This document shows, piece after piece, positions 40,121-54,076 of a DNA stretch of 64,000 bases (position 1 is the stretch's first letter; the number at the start of each line of letters is the position of its first letter). The position numbers and the translations under genes were made by a program. This DNA is from Octopus vulgaris (lineage: Eukaryota), in NCBI GenBank assembly GCA_951406725.2, contig OX597820.1, positions 10,664,001 through 10,728,000 on the forward strand. The letters are read 5' to 3'. The notes beneath the pieces were generated by a model, which worked only from the letters and a program-made list of their open reading frames with translations, made no database searches and was not told the DNA's origin.

Positions 40121-40870
40121 TATATAATTATGTTTGACCTATTCAAGCAATTCAGGTAGTTTATACAGAGTTAAAAAGAATACTAGTAAGCATAATATTC
40201 CGTCTGTATTCATGATTTCCCTTGATATCTCTAGAAAAATTACAGGTGTAAGATGATGGGGACGATGGTGGTGATAAAGAAAGCATTCATGTTCTTAAGT
40301 TTTCGATAGCAATCGTCAAGATCACTTGTATCATAAACAAAGCGATAAAGCGCTTCACGGTTTTTGCTGCGAAGTATTAACGAGGAAGACAACTTAGTCT
40401 GCGAGTACAGTTTAAATTTATTCCCAAGCTTAATGTTCACGTCGAAACAATAACGGTATTCAAAATGCCTTCCGAATTCAACCCTCGAAAATAAAAACAA
40501 AAAAAAATCGTTATCGATTCAATAACAGAAAAATTCTATTTTAACGAAGAAATCCATATAAATAATAATGCATAGTATAGATTCAAAGACCGATGAAAAA
40601 TGTCCTTACAGACATATCGACATAAATGCACGTAAATTGATAAAAGGAACAAGTTTACTACCTGGTTCACTATGTAGTCATAGATACAAATCTTACGGAT
40701 GTACTTAGATTCTCGCTTCTTATAGAAAAGTTGTGGATAATGAAATAGAAAGCGAAATAAACAACGGCTAGATTTCTGATGGGGTTTAGTTCGGTAATAT
40801 TTTCTTCGAATAAGCACTTAATGCTTGGTGGAAGGTCAGCATTCGCACCATAAACCACTATATAGTACAT

Positions 40871-40877
<7 letters not shown>

Positions 40878-40908
<31 letters not shown>

Positions 40909-40928
40909 TGTGTGTGTATGTGTGTGTG

Positions 40929-40964
<36 letters not shown>

Positions 40965-40984
40965 TGTGTGTGTATGTGTGTGTG

Positions 40985-41025
<41 letters not shown>

Positions 41026-41378
41026 ACATATATATATGTATATATATTCATCTGAATCTAAATTTTGCTTATATGTATATATATATATAAATGTGTGTTT
41101 GTGGATTTGTGAGTGTGTGTGTATGTGTATATGTGAGCGTAGGCGTGCGTGCGTACTTTGTGTGTGTGTGTGTGTGTGTGTGTATCTAGGCACGTGTGTG
41201 GGTGTGTGTATCTAGGCGTGTGTGTGTTTGTGTGCGCGTGTGTGTGTGTGCGCGTGTGTGTGTGTGCGCGTGTGTGTGTGTGCGCGTGTGTGTGTGTGCG
41301 CGTGTGTGTGTGTGCGCGTGTGTGTGTGTGCGCGTGTGTGTGTGCGCGTGTGTGTGTGTGTGTGCGCGTGTGTGTGTG
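40878..41378. repeat. Compound (TA)n/(TG)n with a 14-bp (TG)5CGCG-type minisatellite
   Basis: Direct reading. Confidence 0.9.
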
Positions 41379-42231
41379 ATAAAAAACACGAATGGATTAT
41401 ACGATATTGCTACAATGTTTCGTTAAGACATTTTATTCTCACACACCTTCGTACATGAAGTTATGTTAAGACGTGAAACATCTATAAGATTACGCAATGC
41501 ATTACTATTGATCTCCCAATTCTTCGGGGTAAACCATATGAAGGTCAATAATCGTTATGCTAGCAGATTAGCAAGTTCAATAACATCCAAAGATTCAAAG
41601 TAGGCATATCAACAGTTCGATATGGAAGTGTGCGAGAGTATATCGACCAATGAAAATTGCAGGGAGTTTAGTTAAGCTCTCAGGGATGGATTAGCATCCA
41701 AACCGGGGGTGTCAAGTTAGACAATTCTGGGAAACCAAATATGGTTAGAATAAATAACAGCAACAAAAAACAATTAGAAGAAACTTTGAATGGTATATCG
41801 TATCTTCAACAAGCTTTATTTACACCGACTCCACCTAAAATCAGAGACTAGCAACAAAAATTCATTATCCTTAGAGACTGGTGCCAAATATAATAGTGAT
41901 GCTTTGAAGGAAGATGCATTCATGATTCATGAAATATACAGTGTATACAATCATATTGTGTAGAATAAAACAAAAGCGAATGAGACGTGATTGAAGAAGA
42001 CATATATATAGATAAAATAATTGCTGCTTATTTATATTCTAAAATTAAATACGTACGAATGCTTTCAGTTTAATTCTAAAGAATGAATATACTTGGGTTA
42101 ATTATGAAAGATATAGCTAATTAGTCTAGATGAGATATATGCAGAATTAATTTATAGAGACTTGGTGTTATTAATGCTTTGAATGTACATACGTTGTTGA
42201 AATTACTAATTTGACATCATATTGATTAATG

Positions 42232-42395
42232 ATGTGTTTACGTCGCCGTAACTTAACGGTTCGACAAAGGCAACTGATAGAATAAGTACAAGGCTTACAA
42301 AGAATAAATCGTGGGGGTCGATTTGTTCGACTGAAAGCGGAGCTCCAGTATGGCCGCAGCTAAATGACAAATAAAAGAATAAAAGAACAAAAGAA
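42232..42395 (+). mobile_element. SINE B 3' fragment
   Basis: Sequence match. Confidence 0.75.
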
Positions 42396-42823
42396 TTTCA
42401 TGTGATCTTTTTTCCATATAAAGCTGGTCTCCTACCTTAATCAATGACATAACAAAGGCTATTTATTACAGAAAGTAAAACGAGGCAGAGATTAAATATT
42501 CTAACTTCAGAAAAAAAAATCAAAAAACAAATATGAAACTAGACCAATATAAGAAACACACATTAAAAAAATATTAGACATTCATAAAAGATGAAGTTTT
42601 GATAGACGCGCATCAAATGAAATTCCTGATTGCATACGGAAGATCTTCGAATTACAGAGTCATATTTGAATTTCTAAGAATCGGTATAGAGTGTTTGACG
42701 TGTAATATATTTGAAAGACTCTGGGGAATACTAAATTGACAACATTTCAGTTTAAAAATATATAGGAGTGACGTGGCTGGCATCAAAACCATATCCGTCA
42801 AAATTAATGATGTGATGAGGCAG

Positions 42824-42885
<62 letters not shown>

Positions 42886-42962
42886 CGTGTGCGTGTGTGT
42901 GTGTGTGTGTATATATATATAGGTACATATATATGTGTATGTGTATATGCATATATACTCTT

Positions 42963-43357
42963 TCTTTACTCTTTTACTTGTTTCAGTCATTTTGACTGCG
43001 GCCATGCTGGAGCACCGCCTTTAGTCGAGCAAATCGACCCCGGGACTTATTCTTTGTAAGCCCAGTACTTATTCTATCGGTCTCTTTCGCCGAACCGCTA
43101 AGTAACGGGGACGTAAACACACCAGCATCAGTTGTCAAGCAATGCTAGGGAGACAAACACAGACACAGAAATACATATATATATACATATATACGACAGG
43201 CTTCTTTCAGTTTCCGTCTACCAAATCCACTCACAAAGCATTGGTCAGCCCGGGGCTATAGCAGAAGACACTTGCCCAAGATGCCACGCAATGGGACTGA
43301 ACCCGGAACCATGTGGCTTGTTAGCAAGGTACTTACCACACAGCCACTCCTGCGCCT
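42963..43357 (-). mobile_element. SINE family B
   Basis: Full-length match. Confidence 0.9.
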
Positions 43358-43681
43358 ATATTTACATATATATATGTAAATGTATATGCATATACATTAT
43401 ATATATATGTATATATATGTCTATATATAAAAAATTCAGGGTGAATACTTGATAACTGCAAGCACCTGTATATGCCAGTTAGTGGTGTAGGTGATAGGGT
43501 ATTTTTATCAAAAGAAAAACAGGATGCAAAGGACTTAGCGGTACATAAGGTAATGTGACGTTTATATATATTATGTGTGCGTGTATGTATACATTTATAC
43601 CTACTTATCTCTTTCTCCCTCTCTCACCCTCTCTCTCCTCCACTGTCTCTCTCCCTCACTCGCTCTCTCCCTCTCTCTGTG

Positions 43682-43730
<49 letters not shown>

Positions 43731-43821
43731 AGTGTGTGTGTGTGTATATATATATACATATACGACGGACAAATACATACATATATACATATATACATGT
43801 ATGTATGTATATATATACATA

Positions 43822-43876
<55 letters not shown>

Positions 43877-43877
<1 letters not shown>

Positions 43878-44240
43878 CCGTCTACCAAATCCTTTCACAA
43901 TGCTTTGGTCGCCCCGAGCCTAAAGTAGAAGACCCTTGCCCAAGGTGTCACGCAGTAGGACTGAACCTAGAACCATGTGGTTATGAAGCAAGCTCCTTAC
44001 CCCACACCCACTTCTGCGTTATACGTGTGTTTGTGTGTTTCGAGTCAGTATTTCTCCCCGCCACCGCCTGACATCCGGTGGTGGTTTGTTTAAATTCCCG
44101 CAATTTAGCAAATTCGGAATAAGAGACCGATAGAATAAGCACCAGGCTTTGAAAACGTACTGGAGTCGATTCCATCGAATAAAAGTTCTTGAAGTTGCCC
44201 TAGCATGGCCGCAGTCTAATGCCTGAAAGTAACAAAAAAC
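43877..44240. mobile_element. SINE B 5' half (-) and old SINE B 3' half (+)
   Basis: Diverged matches. Confidence 0.7.
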
Positions 44241-44715
44241 ACAATAAATATACACAAACTTAGAATACACACATAATTCAGCAATAACAGGATTTGAAGG
44301 TCATGAACCGTGACCAGCAATCACTGAACCGTAGCAAAATATGAAAGAGCCAAAGCGAAAGAATTTGCAAACCATCTAAACGACATCAGAGAAACTATTT
44401 TTAATATTAATTTTCAAGCAACGAGTAAACAAATAATCAGGACATGAAATAATCGGATCGAACAAAAATAAATAAATAAACAGGATATTAGTAATAAAAT
44501 ATGGCGCTGGAGGAAATCTTGGAATCTGAAAACGATGGATAAATGAGACTAGAGCGCGCTGGTGCTGTCTTAGTGCAAACAAAGAATTACTAAGCGACAT
44601 TATAACGACCATATTTAGCGCAATAAAAAACACAGAAGACAGAAGGTAATGCTTATTCCCACTTAAAGGGGAAGTTCTGTTAAAATAAATCATACTGCGG
44701 TAGTTATAATAAATA

Positions 44716-45277
44716 TTGGGTTGTCCGGAAAGTCCTTGCCGATTTTTAAAGGAAAGAAAAAGGTCAATAAATACTTGCCATTACATTTTTAATCAACCCA
44801 ATATGAACCATTTTGTTGCACAACGCGTCTCCATCTTTCCTTTAACTTGAAAATACCCTCTTCCCAGAATTGAGGTGGTTTCATGGCAAAGAATTCATCA
44901 AGGTATCTTATGTCATCTAAAGAATTGAAATTTTTACCATTAAGACTAATCTGCAGAGACCTGAATAAGTGGAAATCCGAAGAAGCAATATCTGGTGAAT
45001 ATAGAGGTTGGGGTAACATATCCCAGCCGAGCTGCAGCAATTTTTGTCTGTTTCCGAAAACATCAAGTGCTGAAAATGAACTTTCTTATCTTCCTTTAAA
45101 AGGGTTACAGAATTAACACAGGTTATAGGAATATAAATATTCTTCCACGAAAAGATAGCTTAAACTGTGCTCTAAATGGAAGTGTAGTAAAATCCTATTT
45201 TATGGACTCAACCATGTTCTAAAATCAGTCGAAATGTAAGCTACTAACAATCGGCACGAACTTTCCGGACAACCAAA
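44716..45277 (-). mobile_element. Non-autonomous mariner deletion derivative, same family as 27981-28545
   Basis: Same TIRs, TA TSD, LYSPDIASSDFHLFRSL motif. Confidence 0.9.
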
Positions 45278-45892
45278 TATTTAAAAATAAATACTTTTGT
45301 AACAAAATCTAAGCGTCGGGAAATAATTACTAAAAACGATAGTCAGAGGTACCCTAAAAATTTGCCCAAATAATACATTAGTAGAGAGTACATGGAAAAC
45401 AATAACTACCCCACCTCTCTGACATGAGTATCGCTGTGTTTTGGCCAAACTTGATGCAATATTTGCTTGATGCGTTCGGTGAGAACAAAACTCCGACGAT
45501 CTTGCATTGCACGTCTGCCTTCTAGGAGTAACACGTAAGCACCTTTGTGAGGTGACGCCGCCTACCGGACGAAAAATTTCACGCAGGCGCAAGATAGCAT
45601 CACCTCACACCCAAAGGATTTTACCCAAGCCACATTAGTTTTATATATATATATAATATATATATATACAGATATACATGTGTGTGTATGACGTATGTAT
45701 GTATGTATGTATGTATGTATGTATGTATGTATGTATGTATGTATGTATGTATGTGTGTATGTATGTATGAATGAAAGTAAGTATCTATGTATATATGTTT
45801 ATCTATCTATATATTTACCTATCGATACGTGCGTCTGTTGATATATGCTTATATATTATATCAACATATGCACACACACACATACACATACA

Positions 45893-45927
<35 letters not shown>

Positions 45928-46404
45928 GAATGTAAATAAACATGTAAATACACACTCACATATATAATTAATATGTATTATATGTCGTTGACCGTATATA
46001 TATAGATTATTCCTTGAAAGGAAGCAGTAATACGGCCCATGAAAATTAAACAAATTGCCGTAGGAAATGCTATTAATTTAGTCTTATTGATTGAAATTAA
46101 TTTCTATTATTGATTTATATAAATCTTCTCGAATTAAGTGTTAATTTATCGCGTATTTCTCACAAAAAGCTGTAATTTATTCCAGGCACAATCAATGCTG
46201 TGCAGTGTCTGACGTAGTTTCATCACAATTGTCTATGGGCGAAGTTAAAGCCAATTGTCGATCACTGTATCTTTCTCCAACCAATTTAGACATTGCAATT
46301 AAAAGTATCGAAGTGAATGTCATTCGGCTAAATATTAATAAGTCTAAAACTAGGTTTTATTCCACCCTCAAAATTCTCTGATGATATCTGTAACACTTGT
46401 TTAT

Positions 46405-46633
46405 GGCGACGAGGCGGCAGAATCGTTAGCACGCCGGGCGAATTGCTTAGCGGTATTTCGTCTGCCGCTACATTCTGAGTTCAAATTCCGCCGGGGCCGA
46501 CTTTGCTTTTCATCCTTTCGGGGTCGATTAAATAAGTACCAGTTACATAGGGTCGATATAATCGACTTAATCCGTTTGTCTGTCCTTGTTTGTCCTCTCT
46601 GTGTTTAGCTCCTTGTGGGTAGTAAAGAAATAG
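46405..46633 (+). mobile_element. SINE family A followed by ~150 bp shared with the 3' flank of the copy at 56490
   Basis: Sequence match. Confidence 0.85.
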
Positions 46634-46645
46634 GCATCATGTGTG

Positions 46646-46695
<50 letters not shown>

Positions 46696-46816
46696 CTTTA
46701 TTGTTGTGATTTATAATACTATGATAGTGATAGCAGGAGTGATAACCATGTTTGTTTATGAGAACAGCAGTTATGGAAGCTGTTGATTTATGCAGTAGCA
46801 GCACGATAAAGCTATA

Positions 46817-47077
46817 GTATGTTGTCAACTTAATGTGACAGTCCCATGAAAGGGAAGAATGCTACTGTTATTTAGCCCTAGGAAACACCGTTTCCTGTTG
46901 GACTTGACACATTTCCTGTGTCCTTATGTTTTCAAAAGAGGTGCTTGTCTTCACTTTCAAAACGTAAGGACTTGACAGGAAATGTGTCAAGTCAAACAGG
47001 AAACGGTGTTTCCTAGGGCTAAATAACAGTAGCATTCTTCCCTTTCATGGGACTGCCACATTAAGTTGACAACATAC
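46817..47077. mobile_element. Fold-back MITE-like element, ~115-bp near-perfect inverted arms
   Basis: GTATGTTGTCAACTTAATGTG...CACATTAAGTTGACAACATAC. Confidence 0.85.
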
Positions 47078-48517
47078 CATCACTTTATACTTTTATAATC
47101 AAGTATTGTTAGAAATTCTATTAAGAAGTTATTGAAATGTTTTGTGTATTGTCGAAATGTAACGAATTTGTTGCACATAAATTTCAACAGCAAAATCTTA
47201 TATGGACCCGGAAGAGCCATATAAATCCCGGTTGAGAACCACTGTTCTATGGTGTCGTGAGACCTGCTACGAATAGCTCCCAAATGTCCCTCAAATTTCC
47301 GCTGCCATTTAAGAATAATGACACATTAATGTATATGATCCTAGAAACAATGTGTCTGGAGATAAAACTTGATGGACTCTTAGTTGGACTGCTATTTTGC
47401 TATATGCCCTGCTTGGTAAAATTTGAGCCGAGGCTAAACTAAAACAAACAAAAACAACAGCATGATTAACAATATTGGGTGAAGCCAATGAGACTAAATA
47501 ATTTCTCGACGTGCGCAATTTAACAATTTATCTTATTAAATAATTAATTTTTAATAAGCCTGCTAGCTATTTGCGACATCAGCGTTTGAAAAGAAAATGA
47601 AAATCTATATATTGTAGCAGCGAGATTTGACTGGCATGCGGTCACCCGGTGCTATTAATTGATGCTTTATAATCGACTGAAATTACGTGATTTGGCAATT
47701 CCGGTGCCCATGACATACGAATTTCGTCTACTACGTGGCATACGCTTTCAAATATCAAGCGCCTATCTGAAAGGATCTCTCAAGGCTAATAACGTAGTAT
47801 TCAGTGCTTTAACAAGGCATTCATGTTATGGTGAATATAGAGATTTCTTTTGATAGTAATACTGCTTCCGTTGCTCAAAATTTAAAAAAATGTTCATCGT
47901 ATTCAAGAACTCCATCTTAATATTAATATGACAGAAAGACGACGAGATGTTTATCAGAAGATTAGTTGTCGACAGTTAAAAGACATGTTTTATTTATCAA
48001 CAGAAAATCAACATCAAGGCCAACGACGGACAAAATGGAATACGACGATTCAGGACGTCGTAAACCTCGTCAATCAATTTTCACATAAAAATTCACATAA
48101 AAAGCAAAACATGGGAGACGAGAACAAACATGTAATTCAGAATTGGGCATAAATTCGAGGATTCACTGCTTTCTATCCTTCCACAATTCTTACGAACTTT
48201 CCAAAGTGTATGCATCTATCTGTGAATGTCTCAGTTCAATTGGCTGTTAATAGGTAACCACCGATCCCCTATTGGAAGCAATCTTACAAGTGCTATTATT
48301 TACACCAAGAAAAGCCTCCACTAGGAAAATACTGTAAACCTAAGTTTCTAAATCCCGACTCTCCTGTTTGTTTGTATGTATGGTGTTACAGATTTTTGTA
48401 AAGCTAATAGGCTATGATTTGAAGGAATTTAGTCGCTAATTATAGCAGATGGCTATGTGCTTTGCCTTTTATTCATAAAACTGAATTACTACCATTCCTG
48501 CATAAAAATTGTTCCAA

Positions 48518-48828
48518 ATTTTGGCACAAGGACAGCACTTGACTAGTACTTATTTTATCGACCCACTAAGCATTTCGCCCGGTGTGCTAACGTTTCTTAT
48601 TTCTTTATTGCCCACAAGGCGCTAAACACAGAGGGGACAAACAAGGACAGACAAAGGTATTAAGTCGATTACATCGACCGCAGTGCGTAACTGGTACTTA
48701 ATTTATCGACCCCGAAAGGATGAAAGGCAAAGTCGACCTCGGCGGAATTTGAACTGGGAATGTAACGGCAGACGAAATACTGCTAAGCATTTTGTCCGGC
48801 GTGCTAACTTTTCTGTCAGCTCGCCGCC
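48518..48828 (-). mobile_element. SINE A (48598-48828) adjoining an older deleted SINE A
   Basis: Sequence match. Confidence 0.8.
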
Positions 48829-49225
48829 TTCATGAAGCCAGATGAAGCTGGTTCGGCCCTTTACAACAACCACAACAGCAACAACAACAATAATAACTTT
48901 ACTGTTAACAGCGTGGATGATCTGCTATGTTGGTACCTATTTACGACTGGATAAACAGAGGCATTCACGGTTGTATGCATAGACTTTGGATACTTCGTAA
49001 CGAGTGGGGCGGGGGAAAGTACGATTCACAGATTTCTGGAATTGCAGCCCGAGCATGGACGGCCATAAATATCTGCATCAGTGAACTAATCGCTTTTAGA
49101 GAAAAAGGAGATATGGCACTTGAAATTCTATTAGTTTCTGATATGCAAAATGGTAGGGTGATCATGCTTGGAAGGATTTTGACCATAGTATACTCTTTCA
49201 AGTACAGAGCTAAATCACGAATAAA

Positions 49226-49544
49226 TATCATCATCATCATCATTGTTATAATCGTCGTTATCATCATCGTCATCATCATTGTCATCGTCATTATAAACGT
49301 CGCCATCATCCTCATTACTATCATCATTATTATCATTTTAACCATCGTCGTCTTCGTCGTCATTATCATCATTATCATCACCATCATTACCATCATCATC
49401 ACCATCATCACCACCACCACCACCGCTGCCTCCACCGCCGCCACCACCACCACCATCACCACCACAATCATCATCATCATCATCATTCACCATTGTCATC
49501 CACAACAGCTACGATAGCAATGCCAAGAAGAACAGCATCAGTAT

Positions 49545-49572
<28 letters not shown>
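49226..49572. repeat. (CAT)/(CAC)/(CAG) trinucleotide low-complexity tract
   Basis: Direct reading. Confidence 0.9.
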
Positions 49573-49575
<3 letters not shown>

Positions 49576-49789
49576 AGCAGTAATGGCAGCACATTCCACC
49601 TTCAAAGTAAACTTCACGATATGGCACGAAAAGGGGGACCAATATGTCGGGACTTTAATGTTCCATCTTTACACCTTCAATGCGTTTAAAGACATCGCAA
49701 AGAGCAATGAGGAGAGCATCCACGCGGTCGCACCACCAGCTAGAAACAACAGCAAATTCGGGACGAACACCATCTGATCATGTTGCATC

Positions 49790-50283
49790 TTTCTAATTTT
49801 GGCACGAGGCCAGCAATTTTGAGGTGTGGAGAAGTCTATTACACCAGCCACAATAGTGGACAGGTCATTTATTTTATCGATACTGAAAATTTAACCGAGG
49901 CGGAAGTTAAACTCAGAACATCAAGAACCGGAATATATGCTGTAGATTGTTTTGTCCGTGGCGGTAACCATTCTACCAGCAGGCTGCTTTACCTTTTACT
50001 TTCTCCTTGATCCATCTGCGACCATGCTGGAGCACGGCCTTGGCAGTTTTTCGTTCAATAACAAAAGCCTGCTGCTTTATTTTATCGGTTCATTTTCGCC
50101 AAATCGTTGAGTTACAGTGACAAAAACAAACCAACAGCGGTTGTTAAGTGATGAATTAGGGACAAACACAAACACACACACACACAGCCTGTGGCTCTAG
50201 TAGAAAACACTTGACCACGTTGCCGCGCTGTGGAACTGAACACGAAACCATTGATGGCAAAGCGACCTTCTTCAGCACACAGT
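49790..50283 (-). mobile_element. Old SINE A (49790-49985) and old SINE B (50018-50283)
   Basis: Diverged matches. Confidence 0.6.
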
Positions 50284-50699
50284 AGCTAAAAATCCAATAT
50301 GACTCCCACGTCTCTTACTTCTACACCTCCGACCAAAACAAATGATAAGTCCATTGAAACTACTACAAACACCAGTATCAACATCTGCAACTCTGCTACC
50401 TTACAAAAATAACAACAACAACAATAACAAGTACAATCTCTGCTTTTATGCCCACCAACCGCAACCTACTCTGCAGCATCTATGTCAACATGAAAGTGAT
50501 AACTGTCCGCTCAACTCTGATTAGATATGTAGCAATAATCTAATTATAGACAAGTATCGATCGTTTGTGATTGAACTGTTAAAGAGACATCAAGTCGATT
50601 GATTGGTCTGTAAGTTTAGCCAAAGAAGAAAGTGTATACGCTGTCTGTCATAGCAGAACCTGTGAAAGACGGTAACTTTATACTATTGTTGGAACGGGC

Positions 50700-51775
<1,076 letters not shown>

Positions 51776-52534
51776 TTGTGTATGAGTGCGTGAAGAGAAA
51801 ACGTGAGGGACAATATATAATGTTGCAATTAAAAGAGAAAAGCAAAGAAAACTGCCCCTGTATGTGGAAAGAAGGAAGGGTGCAGGGGAAGAGCGGCGAA
51901 AGAGGTGTTGAGTGTATTTTCTGTGGTCAAACGAGAGTATTGTGGACAGAATCAACAGGCGAGTGAGATGGACAAGAGGGTGAATGAATGGCCGAAATTA
52001 GTAAAAGATTGAAACCACTTTAAAGACGAGGTCTAGAGCAATAAAGTAGAATTGGGTCGTACACTTTATTAGGTTCATGTAAGGTTTGTAATAATCTTTC
52101 TGTGTAACTAATCTTTTTTCTCTCTCTGTATCTCCCTCTCTTTTGTTCTTTTTCTCTCTCTTTATATGTATCTTGCTCTCTCTCTCTCTCTTTCTCTCCC
52201 CATTATCTGTCTTTGACACCAACATATACACGCAAGCATTTTAACTCTTTGAGTACACATATATACATCTACATACAGGTTGTTATAGAAAAGAGAAAAT
52301 CTATCTATATATATATAGGGAGGAGTGAAGTAGGAAGAAGGAGAGAGAGGGAGAGAGACGGGAAAAAAGAGGACGCGAGAGAATGGGGTTAATGCAAATA
52401 CTTTACTGTATAATAACATATCAATCGCATACACACATGAATATGTATATACATACGCACACATAAATATTCACGCACTTACATATATGTGCCTGCATCT
52501 AAGTACATAAATTTATATGTTTATTTATGCACGT

Positions 52535-52623
52535 AAGTATGTATATATATATATATAGAGATACATAGATAGATAGATATAGATATATAGATACATATCT
52601 AGATAGATATGCATGTATGTATG

Positions 52624-52674
<51 letters not shown>

Positions 52675-52802
52675 ATATATATGCATGTATATATGTATGT
52701 ATATATATATATACATATATGTATATATATATGTATATATATACATATATATGTATATATACATATATGCTAGAAGTATTGGTGGTGATGCGCAGATATA
52801 CA

Positions 52803-52854
<52 letters not shown>

Positions 52855-52997
52855 GGTATGTATATATATACATATATGTATATATATATATATGTGTATA
52901 TATATGTACACACACGCACATATATATATATATATATATTGAGAGAGTGAGAGAGTTTGTTTTAATAGAACATCCTCCTTTAATTGGGGATAACTAC

Positions 52998-53040
<43 letters not shown>
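52535..53040. repeat. Compound (TA)n/(TG)n field
   Basis: Direct reading. Confidence 0.9.
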
Positions 53041-53593
53041 ATTACATATGTATATACAATATATCTTTGTGTGCCAGTGTGTGTGCATGTGTGTAAGTGT
53101 ATTTAAGATTGAAAGGATTGAAAATATACATAAAGCTAAACTTAGAAACCTTGTGGCATGACATAGAACACGTCAATTCACTTACGGAACCGTTAAACGG
53201 TTGTAAAAGATTGCAAAGAATGGTACAGAAGAACCAGAAAGAAACTCAGTTTATCGGACAAAAGTGAGTCGAGGATTAAAGTATATCCATCAGGTCAGAA
53301 TTAATAACTGTTTTCAGGCTCAAATCAATTTCTTAATTCAAATCACCCTTTCGGATGATATTCATCTGGCGATACAACGCTAGGTAGAAACATTAAAGTT
53401 AGTGCATATATCCTCGCTTGCCACTGAGATTCTGTCCCCCGCACAAAAAAAAAAAAAAAAACAGTGATAAATGAATTCGCGATAAATAAATCATCTCTAA
53501 ACACTTCGTAAATAAACGAATCACTGTCAGCAAACTCGGCGCCTACAACAGCAAAGCTTCCACTGTCACGTATTTCCTCGATCATCTCCACAT

Positions 53594-53747
53594 TTTACGG
53601 ATATTTGTCCTCAATTTATTTGTGATTATCGCGTTTCAGCTAATCTACCCTCCAACTTTCAACAGGTGTCTTGGCGAAATTCCGAACCTGGGTTCTCATT
53701 CCTAAGGTATTTTTCGATGTTGTCATCATCATCATCATCATTATTGC

Positions 53748-53781
<34 letters not shown>

Positions 53782-53812
53782 GTTATTATTATTATTATTA
53801 TTATTCAGGTCA
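53594..53812 (-). mobile_element. Inverted headless copy of the tRNA/hammerhead element
   Basis: Reverse complement matches about 53876-54060. Confidence 0.8.
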
Positions 53813-53889
53813 TATTGCATAGTGGTTAAGAGCGCGGGCTACTAACCCCAAGATTACGAGTTCGTTTCCAGCCAGTGACCTGAATAGTA

Positions 53890-53926
<37 letters not shown>

Positions 53927-54076
53927 CATAGAAAAATACCTTAGGAATGAGAACACAAGTTCGAAATTTCCCCCAAAACACCTGATGAAGGCTGGACGGT
54001 GTATCAGCCGAAACGTTGTGTTACCAACAAACAACATGAGGGCTAATATCTGTCGAATGTAAATAATGTACATAAT
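53812..54076 (+). mobile_element. SINE-like element E: tRNA-like head, (TAA)n linker, hammerhead-bearing tail
   Basis: TAGTGGTTAAGAGCGCGGG...GAGTTCGTTTCC (A-box- and B-box-like), followed by a tail containing a hammerhead fold. Confidence 0.75.
53977..54022 (+). ncRNA. Minimal type I hammerhead ribozyme candidate
   Basis: AACAC-CUGAUGA-A-GGCUG(10-nt loop)CAGCC-GAAAC-GUU-GUGUU. Confidence 0.7.

Noticed and set aside
48927-49851. ORFs with short non-repetitive segments, including a signal-peptide-like MVFVPNLLLFLAGG
   Set aside because: No recognisable homology, weak splice signals, and length inflated by trinucleotide repeats
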